Assembly (NCBI RefSeq): GCF_009914755.1 | Contig: NC_060933.1 | Length of the DNA: 64,000 bases | Direction: 5' to 3' (one strand) | Origin: the human T2T-CHM13v2.0 reference genome, Homo sapiens | In this document: positions 53,476 to 64,000 of the stretch, one piece after another | Layout of the letters: every line of letters starts with the position of its first letter | How positions within the stretch are numbered: the stretch's first letter is position 1 | Program-made: the position numbers and the translations under genes | The notes under the pieces: generated by a model | What the model was told of the DNA's origin: nothing | The model's input: the letters and a program-made list of their open reading frames with translations, nothing else | The model's database searches: none

Positions 53476-53778
53476 TTTTATTTTCTTTCTGAGACCAGGT
53501 CTTGCCCTGTCACCCAGGTTGGAGTACAGTGGCACCATTGAGGCTCACTGAGGCCTTGACCTCCTGGGCTCCAGCGATCCTCCCACCTCAGCCTCCCAAG
53601 TAGCTGGAATTATAGGCACAGGCCACCACACCCAGCTATTTTTTAGATTTTTTGTAGAGACTGAGTCTTGCTATGTTGCTTAGGCTGGTCTTGAACTTCT
53701 GGGCTCAAGCGATCCTCCCACCTCTGCCTCCACCTCCAAAAGTGCTGGAATTACAAGCGTGAGCCACCATGCCCAACC
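53476..53778 (-). mobile_element. AluJ (Jo/Jr-like)
   Basis: CCTTGACCTCCTGGGCTCCAGCGATCCTCCCACCTCAGCC; TSD TCAT[A/G]ATTTAT at 53465-53475 and 53779-53789. Confidence 0.92.
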
Positions 53779-53819
53779 TCATGATTTATCTTTTTTATGA
53801 AAAGGGTAAATAACTGTTT

Positions 53820-54720
53820 ATCTCTGCTTCCAGCCCAGAAGAATTTACAGAGACTGAATTATGCTCCCACTTAAAACAACTGAAAAAAATAATCTTAAGA
53901 AATTTGACATCAGTCATCAGAGAACAGTAATGTCTGAGACATGGAAACAAGTGAGGTGATTTCCCCAGCTTACTACCTTAAAAATTTCCAGGCTGCAGCT
54001 CAGGGTAAGGGGATGCAGTCAGAGCTATGCAAACTCCCAAATTAAAGAGGTGGAGTGCAGAGTCCAGAGAGACCAAGGCAGCTAAAGTTCATAGAACAGA
54101 TTAACAGAAAGCAGAGAGCTACAGAGAGAGAGAGATCTACAGACATCTGTAGAGGGTCCCCCTTGAGTATTCGCAGAGTAGTGATTCATGCATGCATTTC
54201 AGAAAACTGCTTTTAGGCCAGGAAAGAACCCCCAAAAGGATTAGAGGAAACAGTGATCAGAGATCACACATGGCCGGGAATAATGCCTGATCTCACTGGC
54301 CAGCTGGGAAAACCCCACAACTCCTGGGACATTGAGTCCAGGACTTCAGAAAAGTCCTGCCTCAATATAGGGTATAATTTGCCCTACACTAAATCCTGCT
54401 CTGTTTGTACCTAACAAATCTTAAAAGCAAGATCTATAAAGATGAAAATTTCCAAATAACTGCTTCCCAGAACAAACTCAAGAATATTTATAGGAAAACA
54501 AAGATATTCAGTATCCACAAAGGTAAAATTCACAGCCAATGGAATGTGCAATCTGAATTCAATTTAAAAAATACCAGGCATGAAAGGAAATAGGAAAATG
54601 ACCTATGTTGAAGATAAAAATCAATCAACACCAACTCAAAATTTATGTAAATGTTAGAATGATCAGATAAGAACATTAAAACAGCTATTATATTAATAAC
54701 TGAATTCCGTATGTTCAAAA
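53820..54720 (+). mobile_element. Ancient L1M 5'UTR/ORF1 start remnant
   Basis: AAGGTAAAATTCACA..AAAATACCAGGCATGAAAGGAAATAGGAAAATG..GATAAGAACATTAAAACAGCTATTATA. Confidence 0.65.
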
Positions 54721-54721
54721 G

Positions 54722-55205
54722 CCCCAGGATTCATTCAGCAGTTCATGGCTGTCATCAAGAGTTGAGGCTCTTTTCATCCTTCTGGTCTGCCATACTTATA
54801 TATTGATTATCACCTTCAGGCTATTTTTTATGATGCTAAATTGACTGCTGCAGTTTTAATCCCAGTGAATTGCACAAATAACATCCACAGCAATAAGAAA
54901 GGCAGAAAAAAGCTTCTTCTAATGCGTCTTCCAACTTTGCCAGAAAGTAAATTCTTTCCCCAAATCCCTAAGTAAATCTCCTCTTACATATCATTGACCC
55001 AAACTGGGTCAGAAGCCTAAACCTAAGTCAGTCACTGGAAAGGAGAGTGGGATGGTGGGATGGCTGTGAATGACTTACATCAATCGCCATTCATGTCTTG
55101 AGGCTTTATTCTGGTGGCACGATCAAGTAGGGATTATATCAACAAGAAAAAAGAAAACCTTGTTCTCCAACAAGGGTAACTGTTGGAGAATTGCAGAGAG
55201 CAGCC
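54722..55205 (-). mobile_element. ERVL-MaLR solo LTR (MLT1J/K/L-like)
   Basis: TCATCCTTCTGGTCTGCCAT..CCTCTTACATATCATTGACCCAAACTGGGTCA..AGTCACTGGAAAGG. Confidence 0.6.
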
Positions 55206-55874
55206 AGTTTCTCCACGACACCCCAGCAATCATGGATGTACCCACAGAGGTCATGCAAGCAAAGCCTTGTACTGTAACTAATCTCAATATTGGAAGAATG
55301 CCCTATGTTCATTCCAAAACACAAGAAGATAGGAGGCTCCTGAGGAACCATCTTGAAGCCATCTCCCATTCATCTCCCTATTTTTCTTGGGAGGCTGTCA
55401 GTTTCCTACTGCCTCCAAGTTCTGGTGAGGTATGGGGCTTTATGTCCCACGGCTCTTAGGATATATTAATAGCTCCACACTATAAAATTGCTTAGCTGTC
55501 ATCACGAATTGGCTCCTCTGCAACAGGGCATCCCACAACTCACACTGTACTCATCCGGCCTTTTTTGTTTTGGTGTCATCATTTTTGGTATGTGGAATGA
55601 AGACCCAGAGAGCTGGCATCTTTGCGTACTCTTTCTTTAGCTATCTATGAAACTGATAAACGGTCTGAAAGTAGAAGGGCCTTATTGTATCTTACCAGCC
55701 ATATCAGTCAGACTTTGGCCTCAGCCTTGCCTGCTGGGTGCCTGACAGGAAATACCAATAGTATCTGCCATACCCAATAAACATCCAGCATAATTCGAGG
55801 GCATATACACAGAAAATCAGCAAGCAGGATCCAAATTTCAGAGCCCCCATGGAAAATACTTATGGGGTGTAAAC

Positions 55875-56075
55875 CAGGAGTTGTCAAACTACAGCTCATG
55901 GAACAAATCCTCAGTCTGATTTTGTATGATCTATGAGATGAAATGGCCTTTATGTTTATAAAGAGCTATAAAACATACACGGGGCCAGGGGGTGGATGGA
56001 AGAGACTGAATGTGGCCCGCAAAGCCTCACATATTTACTATCTGACACTTTATAGAAAATGTTTGCTGAACCCTG
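55875..56075. mobile_element. MER58A-like hAT-Charlie MITE
   Basis: TIRs CAGGAGTTGTCAAAC / GTTTGCTGAACCCTG; degenerate 8-bp TSD GTGTAAAC/GTCTAAGC; TGTGGCCCGCAAAGCCT. Confidence 0.8.
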
Positions 56076-56959
56076 GTCTAAGCCGTCAGTCTCAGGACTT
56101 TAACTAGGTACTTCCTCCTTTTATAACTTAAAGCTTTTAGCCTAAATTATCCTGGATTTATGAGTGAAAGAGTTGGGCCCCCAAAAGCTTACATGGTATG
56201 CCCAGTTAGTGAGTAGCAGAGCAGATTCAAATTTCTGACCAGCTCCAAAGTCCAACCCTCCTTTAAATCTTCTACAACAAGTCAATATTTGTTCTATAGC
56301 TAGCTTAAATTATTTTCCACAAAATAATTATTTGGGCATTCATAAATCTTCCAGTAAAGAAAAATTTTGCAAATTTAGAATTTAGCCACTTAGTGATTCT
56401 ACTAAGGAAAGCATTTGAATCTTTGAAAAGAAAAGAGAAGAAAACAAAAGAAAAGAAAGCTATAAAATCAGCCAAATCAAAGTTTAGATATTAGGTGTTT
56501 GTATCTTTCATGCTCTTGTCTCCCTATTTTTGGCCAGTTCTAACTATTTCCTACTTTCAAAGAAAGTGGTTACAAAATGAAGATAAAATTCACTTAATCT
56601 TGCTAGCTATGAGGAGTTTTGAAAAATAGTAAAAAAAAAAAAAAATGGACAGAGGAGAAAGTGTAACTGTCAGCTTAAATATATGTAATTCACTCATCAA
56701 ACAATATTAAACACTTATGTGCCAAGCCTTGTGATAGGTGAATATTTTAGATAATATCAGAATTCTGTGTCCATTTTTGCCTAGTCTACTTCTGTCATAA
56801 ATGAGATTCTGTACTATTTAGTTTGGAATATTTTGCTTCAAATCCAACCTCGTACGGTTCTATGAGATGCCTACTACAGTGGTCACAAAGTGAAATGCCT
56901 CCAGTGACCACGCAGGGAACTTAAGAACTAGAGTTGATATCCAGGGGATGGAAACAGTA

Positions 56960-57195
56960 AGGAGGGATGTGGGCCATGGTGCAATGGAAAGAGTATTTCC
57001 TTAGCATGAGATGAGGCAGGGCTGTGTGGCAAGAGTCATAGATTTTTTTGAGGAAGCAGAAATCTGGATTTTCATGTAAAATATCTCCATTGTTTAAAGT
57101 GAGCTCAACTTTAAAAAATATTATGTTGGTCAAACAAAACCCATCCCTGAGGGGTAGCTTCAAAGATGGGTTTTGTTTGATCCACAGCATCATGT
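56960..57195. mobile_element. MER102-like hAT-Charlie remnant
   Basis: GAAGCAGAAATCTGGATTTTCATGTAAAATATCTCC..GGTCAAACAAAACCCATC. Confidence 0.5.
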
Positions 57196-57274
57196 AACTT
57201 CTGCATGATAGGTAAACTAGTTTTACAAGACCAGTCTCAAAAGAAACATGCTTTATGCAAAATCCTTTCTTTTT

Positions 57275-57430
57275 TAAAATTTTTTTTTTTGCTTTGAGAT
57301 AATTTTCACAAAGGAAAGCGTTCACATACAGTTGTAAGAAATAATACAGAGAGAACCCATATATCCTTTACCTTGTTTCTCCCAATGATAATATCTGGAA
57401 AAAGCTATAGTACAATATCACAATCAGGAT
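57275..57430 (-). mobile_element. L1MD-like 3' terminus fragment
   Basis: TTCACATACAGTTGTAAGAAATAATACAGAGAG..TATAGTACAATATCACAATCAGGAT. Confidence 0.65.
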
Positions 57431-59626
57431 TTTTTTCTTTTAGGGTTTATTATTCCACTGCTTTTTAAATACAGGAAAAAACTAACAGATAAGTAGATAG
57501 GTAGTTCTCCTGATATTCCTAGAGGAATGGCAGCATACTATATGTACATTTGCTATTACCCCTTAGAAGTGTGTGTCTATGTGTGTGTATCTGTATGTGT
57601 ATATATCTATATTCTTCGTATTTTCATGCTTACTTATAGCTGCATAGTATTTCTCTTTATCAATTATCTAGTTTATTCAACCACTCTTTTATTGATGACA
57701 TTGTATGTTTCCAGTCTTTTGTAATTACTAATATTGCTGCAAATAACAGTTTTGACATTTGACTTTTAAAATTTTTGCCACTGTACCTTCAGGATAAATT
57801 CCTAGAAGTAGGTAAATGCCTATGTAATACTATTTTACACCCTCTCAGCAATGTGTAGGAGGGCTGTTTCCCCACAGCCTTGCCAACAAAGTACACTGTT
57901 AAATTCTGATTTTTTTCCAAATGTAAATGGTGAGAAACGATATCTCAGTTTAGTTTTAATTTGCATCTCTTATTTTGATCAAAATTGAGCCTCTTTTTCA
58001 CATGGATAGGAGCCATTTGCTTGTGTTTCTCTGTGAATGCTGTGCTCACATCTCTAGTCCATCTCTCCTGAATTGTTGGCCTATTTCTTCCCTACTTAAG
58101 CACCCCTTTATATGTTAGAAAAATCAACTCTTTATCTGTATTTTAAGGTGCAAGAATTTTGCCCTCAGCTTGTTACCCGTATTTATCTACTTTATGGTGA
58201 TTTTTTGGCCATACAACATTTTTAACATAATCAAACGTATCGATCTTATTCCTTATTGCATCTAAATTTTGAGTGTTTTAGAAAGTTTCCTCTATTCCCA
58301 TGGTACAGAGCTATTAGCCCATTTTTTCTTCTAGTATATGTAGAGTTTTCATTTTTTACAATCAATCTCTGAATTGAACCTGGTATATGAAAAAGGAATG
58401 GATCCCATTTTTATTGTTTTCCATATGTCTATCCAAGTATTCCAACACCGGTTATCTGTTCTCAATTATTTGAGTTGCCATATTTGCTGTTACTAAATTT
58501 ATATATGAATTGGACCTATCATGTCAAATTTCTATTCTTTTCCACTGGCCTGTTTGCTAATACAATCCTTCATTGAATATTAAAGCTTTGTAACATGCAG
58601 GACTGATCTGGTAGAGCTGCCCACCCCCACCCCCATCCCTACCCATTTCTCTTCTTTTTAAAGATTTCCCTGGCTACTCTTGATTAGTCATACTTTCAAG
58701 TGATTCTTATAAACAATTTGTCTATTTCCAGAGGAGAACCCGCAAAAACATAATTGTATATTTGGGGATTTCTGTGAAATCTATACATTAAATTAGGGAG
58801 AACTGACAGCTTTATGAAATTGAGTCTTCCAAACAAGAACAAGTGCATCCTTTCTTTTGTTCAAGGCTATTTATATCATCTTTCATGAAAGTATTTTAGC
58901 ATTCCACATATAGGTTTTGGACATGGTTCATTAAGTTTGTACATAGATATTTTCTTTTTACTATCATAAATGGAGTCTTCCTTTCCATTTATTTTCTAAC
59001 TTTTGTTTGCCTATATATTGGCTATTGATTTTTTTAGGGTTTTTAAAATTTTTTAAATTGATGAATAATAATTGTACATACTAATGGGGTACACAGTGAT
59101 GTTTCTATACATATAAGGTACAGTGATCAGATCAGTTAGCCTACCCATCATCTCAAACGTTTATCATTTCTCTGTGTTGGGAACATTCAGTATCCTCCTT
59201 CTAGCTATTTGAAACTATATAACATTATCGTTAACTATTGTCATCCTATGGTAGAACACTAGAACTTATTCCTCCTATCTAGCTGAAATTTTGTTTCCTT
59301 TATCAAATCTCTTTCTATCCTTCCTTTTCTCTTACACTCCACAGCCTCTAGTATCTTCTGTTCTACTTTTTATTTCTGTGAGATCAACTCTTTTTAGCCT
59401 CCACATGAGTGAGAGCATTCAGTGTCTAACTTTCTGCTCCTGGCTTATTTCACTTAACATAATGCCTTCCCATTTCATCCATGTTGCTGCAAATGACAGG
59501 ACTTCATTTTTTCTTGTGGCTCGATAATATTCCATTTTGTATATATACCATGTTTTCTTCATCCATTCATCTGTTGTTGGAAATCTAGTTTGATTCCAGA
59601 TCTTGGCTATTGTGAATAGCATTGCA

Positions 59627-59925
59627 TAATGTGGTTGGAACTGTAGGCCCTTTTCCTAAGTGAAATGACTCAGAAACAGAAAGTTAATAACCACATGTTC
59701 TCACTTGTAACTGGGAACCAAGTAACAGGTGCACATGAACATACAGCATGGAATAATAGAACTGGAGACTCCAAAAGGTGGGAGGATGGTGAAGGATGAA
59801 ATGCTATCCGTTGGGTACAATGTACACTACTCAGGTGATGGGTGCACCAAACTCCCAGACCTTACTACTGTGCAATGTATTCATTTAAGATGACTGCACT
59901 TATACTCCTAAATCTATTTTAAAAT
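59627..59925 (+). mobile_element. L1PB4-like 3'UTR fragment inserted antisense in the L1MA
   Basis: GGAATAATAGAACTGGAGACTCCAAAAGGTGGGAGG..TTGGGTACAATGTACACTA..GGTGATGGGTGCAC; host motif GTGAATAG..CTGCAATAAACATG split around it. Confidence 0.8.
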
Positions 59926-60488
59926 TTTTTTACGTACTGCAATAAACATGGAGGGGCAGATGTCTCTGCAATATACTGACTTTCTTTCCTATGGATAAAT
60001 GCCCAGTAGTGAGATTGCTGGATTACATGGTAGTGCTATTTGTAGTTTTCTGAGGAAACTCCATACTCTTCTCCATAGTGGGTGTACCGGTTTACATTCC
60101 CACAAACAGTATATAACAGTTCTCTATTTGCTACATCCTCACCAGCATTTTTTATTTTGTCTTTTTAATAATAGCCATCCTAACTGGCGTAAGGTGATAC
60201 CTCATTGTGGTTTTGATTTGCATTTCCCTGATGCTAAGTGATGCTAAGCATTTGTTTATATATTTGCTGGCCATTTGTATGTCCTCTTGTGAGAAATGTC
60301 TGTTCATATATTTGTCCATTTTTTGATTGTCTGTTTTTTTTGGCCATTGACATGTTTGACTTCTTTGTATATTCTGGATATTAATCCCAACTCAAATGAA
60401 TAGTTTGCAAATACTTTCTCCATTCTATAAATTGTCTTTTCACTCTGTTGATTGTTTCCTCTGATATGCAGATTTTTTAGTTGGATAC

Positions 60489-61309
60489 TGAAACAGGAAA
60501 GGTTCCCTTGTCCCCCTTGCAGGGCCTGCGACACGGGGAGTAGCTTGCTTCTTCAGGGCTCTGCTGCTCAAACCTCTAGGGCAGCATATAGATGGGGAGG
60601 TGTGGGGCTCCAACCCCACAGCAGCATGTAGGGGTGGATATTTGCAGCTCCTGAAGCCCCAGTGGGCCTGTGCTACCGTGTGCTCTTTTAATTTTGCCGT
60701 CTATACGTGGCTTATGTTAACCAGCTCAATTAGACCCTCTACCTTCTCATAAGGACAGAGGGCTTTCTGTATCCCAGGCTCTTGCTTTGATGTACCAGAA
60801 GAATCAGATCACACCTTGGCCTGGAGAATGAGTGCAAGATTTTACTGAGTGGAGGTAGCTCTCAGTAGATGGGGGAAGCCAGAAGGGGATGGAGTGGGAG
60901 GGTTTTCCCTGGAGTTAGGCCGCTCAGCAGCCGGGGCTCTCTTTGGATTGCCCTGGCCAAACTCCACCGGGTTCTCCTCTCCTTGATGGCCTGCCAGTGT
61001 GCCGGTGTCTGTCTTGTGCTCTTCCACCAGCGTGTTCCCCTTGACATCCTCTTAATGTCCAACCACTTGTGTCTTCTTCTGCCAATGACGTCCAGCTGCT
61101 TGTGTGTCTGCCTGCTAGGGTCTCGGGGATTTTATAGGCTCGGGATGGGGGCGTGGCAGGCCAGGGTGGTCTTGGGAAATGCAACATTTGGGCAGGAAAA
61201 CAAAAATGCCTGTCCTCTCCTAAGTGCATGGGCACAGGCCCAGTGGTGGAGCCCTAGCCAGGGACCACACACTCCTTTGCCCAGCACTTCCCTTCCCCCT
61301 TCTGTATCA
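60489..61309 (-). mobile_element. ERV1 solo LTR of the LTR1/LTR27/LTR28/MER52 group, 821 bp
   Basis: TG..CA ends (minus TGATACAGAAGGGGGAAGGGAAGTGCTGGG ... CCTTTCCTGTTTCA); 4-bp TSD ATAC/ATAT; TATA-like CCTATAAAA on minus near 61130-61138. Confidence 0.85.
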
Positions 61310-62378
61310 ATATCATCTCATTTGTTTATTTTGCATTTGTTGCCTGTGGTTTTGAAGTCTTACTCATAAAGTATTTTCCCGGACCAATGTCTTGGAGCGC
61401 TTCCCCTATGTTTCTTCTAGTAGTTTTATTGTCTTTGGGTCTTTCATGTAGGTGTTTGATCCATTTGGAGTTGATTTTTATATAGGGTGAGAGGTAGAGG
61501 TCTAGTTTCATTCTTGTGCATATGGACATACAGTTTTCCCAGCACCATTTATTGAAGAGACTGTCCTGTCTGCAGTGAGTGTTCTTGGCACCTTCGTCAA
61601 AAATCAGTTGGCTGTAGATAAGTGGATTAATTTCTGGGTTCTTTATTCTGTTTTATTGGTCTGTGTGTCTGTTTTATGCCAGTAGCTATTGACTGCTGAA
61701 TGTTAATTTTGTAACCTCCTCCCTAAGGAAATTCTGTTATTGTTTGTAATTGTTCTTCCATTGGTTATGCTATGTGTTTCATATATGAGACAGAAAAGAT
61801 TTAAACTCTTCATTTTTAATAATTGTTTTTCTAGCAGCTTTCTCTATTAATTTCATTGGGAAATACTTTCAATACAATGCTACAGAGTAGTGGAAATATG
61901 GGCATCCTTGTGTTGTTCCCAATTTTAACAGATAAGCTTCTCATTTGTCTCCATTTGTTGCCTTTGGAGTTGAGGCTCATTTTAAAAAACACAAAGCAAT
62001 TTCTATTTGATTACTTTTAAGATATGTGGTATACCACCTGTATGGCAATCATACAATTTTTCCTCCTTAATTCAATCAAAATAGTAAATTAAGTTACTAG
62101 ATCACAGCAGTACTATGTACAGAGAGCCCTGTGAGAACCACCACTCCAAGACTTCCCAATCTTTTTAATTGCCTAATATGAGTCTGATATTAGTAAATAT
62201 TAAGACCAATTTGACTGATTTAGAATAAATTAGAACATTTACTTATTTCTAATCATTAAGTACCTCTGTGACTCCCCACTTTTCCTCAAGATAACCAAGT
62301 TCAGTTCAGAATTCTTTCCATTCTCCAAGCATCTGGAATACCCAAGCCAGGAGACAAACTCATTTAGAGGAGCTAAAT

Positions 62379-63321
62379 CAGGTGTTCTTAAATGCTTTCA
62401 TGTTGTAGACCTCTTCAGCAGTCTGATGAAGCCTAATGGGAACCTTCTCAGAATAATACTTTTAAATGTATTAAAAAAACAAGATTATTAAGAAAACTAA
62501 TATTGAAATACAGTTTTCAGAATATAATAATATATGTGCTTTCTTTATTAAGAAATCAAATAACAAGATCTAGCTGCAGTTCTAATAACTACCATAATTT
62601 TGAAGCAGTGATGTGCATAAATATTTTGAGGCTACTGCAATTATTGTGATATGGTATGAAAATGTCTGTGATTCAATAGCGAAGACTTGGAACCAACCCA
62701 AATGTCCAACAATGATAGACTGGATTAAGAAAATGTGGCACATATACACCAGGGAATACTATGCAGCCATAAAAAATGATGAGTTCATGTCCTTTGTAGG
62801 GACATGGATGAAATTGGAAATCATCATTCTCAGTAAACTATCGCAAGAACAAAAAACCAAACACCGCATATTCTCACTCATAGGTGGGAATTGAACAATG
62901 AGATCACATGGACACAGGAAGGGGAATATCACACTCTGGGGACTGTTGTGGGGTGGGGGGAGGGGGGAGGGATAGCATCGGGAGATATACCTAATGCTAG
63001 ATGACGAGTTAGTGGGTGCAGCGCACCAGCATGGCACATGTATACATATGTAACTAACCTACACAATGTGCACATGTACCCTAAAACTTAAAGTATAATT
63101 AAAAAAAAAAAAAGAAAATGTCTGTGATTTTATTTATGATAAAGTTCAATGATGATACTACTGTGGTTTGTTACCTACATTTAAAATGGAAGGAAACATC
63201 AAATTTCAGCTAGAAGTCAGTGAAAATAGACATGTAATTTTGCTTCATTCAAGTTTATGTACTTACGGAGTTTATCCATGGTTTGCTTGAGGTCCTATAG
63301 ATCCCAACTTAAGAACCTCTA
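62379..63321. mobile_element. hAT-Charlie non-autonomous element (MER119-like) interrupted by a young L1
   Basis: TIR-like ends CAGGTGTTCTTAA / TTAAGAACCTCTA; GCAGTCTGATGAAGCCTA..CCTTCTCAGAATAAT. Confidence 0.7.
62674..63113 (+). mobile_element. Young L1PA2-like 5'-truncated insertion (440 bp)
   Basis: GATGACGAGTTAGTGGGTGCAGCGCACCAGC..CCCTAAAACTTAAAGTATAATT(A)13; 16-bp perfect TSD GAAAATGTCTGTGATT at 62658-62673 and 63114-63129. Confidence 0.96.
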
Positions 63322-64000
63322 GAGTTGAACTTTTTTCATCCTTCCACCTACATTAGAATTCTGATCTCCCTTATTGGAGAAAAGACAAGCAAAATAGAGT
63401 CTGATTTTTCTGTTTCCAATTAGCATTCATCATTCACTCCAGGATGGTGGTCCATATAAGCAAAGCACTTAATTTTTTTAGTTTTACTTTTGTTTCCTCA
63501 GTCTCAAACCATGCTAGACAGTATTTTTCTGATACGTGTTTATCGTTCTGTATCATGCAATTATTTATCCCTGGTTATACCTTTCCTTTATACTTTTTAT
63601 TCATGGTCAATTATAATCTGTGCTAGAGTTCCTCATGCAGTCATACAGTTCTTTTTACAACATCATCCATATGTTCTTCATTGGAATGATACACAAGTTA
63701 TTCTATCAGAATTTCATTTTGTATAAAATATCAATAATAATGGAAGAGCTTACCAATTTGAATCTTGGGAAATAGTTATATACCCTTCCTAAAATCTGGA
63801 ATATGTATCTCCCAATGCCCAGGGTTCTCCCTGACTATGAGAGGGCCACTTTTATTCAAGTGGTCCTCTTATATCACTTTCACATTTCTAAATAATGATT
63901 CTCTAATGTGTTGAATTGGATCAATTATTTTGCTTTCTATCAGAAATTATCAACCAAACAAATCCAACATTTATTCAGTACAATATCTGGAGTACACACC

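Larger units (their letters stand above)
59029..61684 (-). mobile_element. L1MA (MA3-5-like) 5'-truncated LINE with two nested insertions
   Basis: 3' end TAATAATTGTACATA..TGGGGTACACAGTGATGTTTC..CATCATCTCAAAC; GCTATTGA duplicated at 59021-59028 and 61685-61692. Confidence 0.8.
57620..62100 (-). mobile_element. Ancient L1ME-type ORF2/3' remnant hosting the L1MA insertion
   Basis: Antisense L1 sequence collinear on both sides of 59029-61684 (..GCTATTGA|..ATGTTAATTTTGTA..GGGCATCCTTGTGTTGTTCC). Confidence 0.7.

Noticed and set aside
55070-55459. 129-aa ORF starting in the MLT1 LTR
   Set aside because: No recognisable domain; length compatible with chance
60842-61369. Overlapping ORFs up to 166 aa
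   Set aside because: They lie in a GC-rich LTR where stops are rare; no recognisable protein

Overview
AT-rich, repeat-dense primate genomic DNA, intronic or intergenic. L1PA2-like elements suggest a great ape such as human, chimpanzee or gorilla. Well over half of the window is transposable element, and every ORF in the track with a recognisable protein is a broken LINE-1 ORF1/ORF2 fragment; the rest look like repeat-derived or chance ORFs. No intact host gene, RNA gene or CRISPR array is supported. The main structure is nested insertion. (i) An ancient L1M is split by two Alus and a near-full-length L1PA5-like element (55-bp 5' inversion, 18-bp TSD), which itself holds an 897-bp MER11D-like solo LTR. 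(ii) A full-length L1PA7 has a twin-primed L1PA2-like insertion between its promoter and ORF1. (iii) An L1ME contains an L1MA, which contains an L1PB4 fragment and an ERV1 solo LTR. (iv) A young L1 sits inside a hAT MITE. I found no convincing previously undescribed biological system. The best leads are two young L1 copies sharing non-consensus substitutions, three twin-priming inversions, a ~46-bp micro-L1, an unexplained ~200-bp insert in an old L1, a MADE1 hairpin, a CTCF-like motif and a few weak exon candidates. Subfamily names are recalled from consensus sequences, not from a database search, and boundaries of ancient repeats are approximate.
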